Source of the DNA: a virus
Taxonomy: Duplodnaviria; Heunggongvirae; Uroviricota; Caudoviricetes
DNA: 6,873 bases
Direction: 5' to 3' (one strand)
IMG/VR virus record: IMGVR_UViG_2681813268_000014
Span: 1-6,873 of that record
The position numbers were made by a program, and so were the translations under genes. This document shows, in pieces, positions 5,378 through 6,873 of this stretch (positions within the stretch are counted from its first letter, which is position 1; every line of letters starts with the position of its first letter). Below the pieces are notes generated by a model that saw nothing but the letters and a program-made list of their open reading frames with translations, searched no databases and had not been told where the DNA came from.

Positions 5378-5637
5378 TTAGTTTCCTTGTTTATGCCTTG
5401 CTGGTGATGTTCTGAAAAGTATAAATGATATTTTTGATTGTAAACCATAGAGCAGAATTATTTTTCTGATGTTGTTTATTGTTTATTTAAATGCAGGGTG
5501 GTTTATATCTCGTCTTGTAGTTTATCCATGCATATCTGCTTGATGATGAGGTTTTTATTTAAGGTATGGTTTTGTGTTTTTTCTGTATTACATGTCAGGT
5601 ATTTTAAAGAATCATTTTTCAGATGGTGGAAAGAACC

Positions 5638-6873
5638 ATGGCATTTAAACACTATGATGTTGTCAGGGCGGCGTCGCCGTCAGATCTTGCGGAAAAGCTG
5701 ACACATAAACTGAAAGAGGGCTGGCAGCCGTTTGGTAGTCCGGTGGCCATAACCCCTTATACCCTGATGCAGGCGATTGCAGCAGAAGGTGATGTGGTCG
5801 TCAGTGGTGCAACTGAGCCGGAGTGGTACTACGTCATCGTACTGGCCGGGCAGTCCAATGCCATGGCTTACGGTGAAGGGCTTCCGCTTCCGGATTCATA
5901 CGATGCGCCCCATCCGCGCATTAAGCAACTGGCCCGTCGTAACACAGTGACTCCCGGTGGTGAAGTATGCGTATTTAACGACATCATTCCTGCTGACCAT
6001 TGTCTGCATGATGTTCAGGATATGAGTACGATTAACCATCCCCGGGCTGACCTGAGCAAAGGGCAGTACGGCTGTGTCGGACAGGGCTTACATATTGCCA
6101 AAAAACTGCTTCCGTATATCCCTAATAATGCGGGGATCCTGCTGGTACCATGCTGTCGTGGTGGTTCGGCATTCACCCAGGGCACGGAGGGGACATTCAG
6201 CGAGTCCACGGGAGCCAGTCAGGATTCGGCTCGCTGGGGAGTGGGTAAGCCGTTATATCAGGATCTGCTTTTCCGCACGAAGGCAGCATTGCAGAAAAAC
6301 CCGAAAAACGTTTTGCTGGCGATATGCTGGATGCAGGGGGAATTCGATATGACGAATGCCAGTTACGCCCAGCAGCCAGCAGCATTTCTTGCAATGGTAC
6401 AGCAGTTCCGTGCTGACCTTGCCGGGCTGGCAGCGCAGTGTCACGGTGGAAGTCCGGCATCAGTCCCCTGGATTTGTGGCGACACGACATACGCGTGGAA
6501 ACAAGAACACGGTACGCAATATGAAGTGGTATATGGTGCATATAAAGGTAAAGAATCCCAGCAGATTTATTTTGTTCCCTTTATGACCGATGGTAGCGGA
6601 GTTAATACACCGACAAACAACCCGTCAGAAGATCCTGATATTGCCGGGTCTGGTTATTACGGTTCGGCATCCCGAACGAACAAAAACTGGGTATCATCAA
6701 ATCGCCCGACGCATTTCAGCTCATGGGCGCGTCGTGGCATTATTCCCGATCGTATGGCAACTGCTATTCTGAACGTAGCCGGTCGCACCTTAGCCTTCAT
6801 TAGTGGTAAGGCACCGGAAATCAAACCCTCGCCCGGCGGCGACACGCCATCGGGGCCGTCTGAAGATGCATCC
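5638..6873 (+). CDS. nanS-p: Prophage sialate O-acetylesterase (NanS-p-like; N-terminal DUF1737-like region plus SGNH/SASA esterase domain), 3' end beyond window
   Basis: Uninterrupted 412-codon frame from ATG 5638 to the window edge; missing from the ORF track because there is no in-window stop. Contains the esterase motif GQSNAMAYGEG. Occupies the conserved position between the stx/cargo slot and the lysis genes in Stx-type prophages. Confidence 0.82.
   Translation, partial: MAFKHYDVVRAASPSDLAEKLTHKLKEGWQPFGSPVAITPYTLMQAIAAEGDVVVSGATEPEWYYVIVLAGQSNAMAYGEGLPLPDSYDAPHPRIKQLARRNTVTPGGEVCVFNDIIPADHCLHDVQDMSTINHPRADLSKGQYGCVGQGLHIAKKLLPYIPNNAGILLVPCCRGGSAFTQGTEGTFSESTGASQDSARWGVGKPLYQDLLFRTKAALQKNPKNVLLAICWMQGEFDMTNASYAQQPAAFLAMVQQFRADLAGLAAQCHGGSPASVPWICGDTTYAWKQEHGTQYEVVYGAYKGKESQQIYFVPFMTDGSGVNTPTNNPSEDPDIAGSGYYGSASRTNKNWVSSNRPTHFSSWARRGIIPDRMATAILNVAGRTLAFISGKAPEIKPSPGGDTPSGPSEDAS

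Noticed and set aside
2040-5637. Shiga toxin or other AB5 toxin genes in the cargo slot
   Set aside because: No ORF has the size or features of an stxA-like (~315 aa) or B-subunit (~90 aa with signal peptide) gene; ORF111 lacks a signal peptide and B-pentamer features.
5498-5701. Plus-strand ORF 5498..5701 (67 aa)
   Set aside because: It is out of frame with and overlaps the nanS-p start, which has strong family support.
6015-6845. ORFs 6015..6209(-), 6074..6352(+), 6197..6541(-), 6253..6444(-), 6356..6586(+), 6590..6772(+) and 6657..6845(-)
   Set aside because: All lie within the nanS-p coding region in alternative frames or antisense and are shadow ORFs of a GC-rich gene.

Overview
This window is the late-regulatory and cargo region of a lambdoid, Stx-phage-like prophage of an Escherichia/Shigella-type genome, all read from sequence and synteny without database searches. 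From left to right on the + strand: the 3' end of an upstream gene, a translationally coupled operon (85-aa hypothetical protein, RusA Holliday-junction resolvase, zinc-finger Q-like antiterminator), a candidate late promoter pR' with an intrinsic terminator tR', and two phage tRNA genes (tRNA-Ile2 anticodon CAU, tRNA-Arg anticodon UCU). The following ~3.6 kb (2040-5637) sits where stx genes lie in Shiga-toxin phages but carries no toxin genes. It holds a 117-aa hypothetical ORF, a Chi site, a complete 1264-bp IS3-family element (IS600-like, orfA/orfB with an A_AAA_AAA frameshift site), an AT-rich segment and a minus-strand 111-aa Cys-rich ORF. The window ends in the 5' 412 codons of a sialate O-acetylesterase gene (nanS-p-like, GQSN motif), which the ORF track omits because it runs off the window edge. 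The most interesting signal is a ~99% identical direct repeat (2690-2976 and 4798-5032) of a highly structured, apparently non-coding element that ends in an intrinsic terminator and brackets the IS600; I read it as a duplicated candidate small-RNA gene in the cargo slot.
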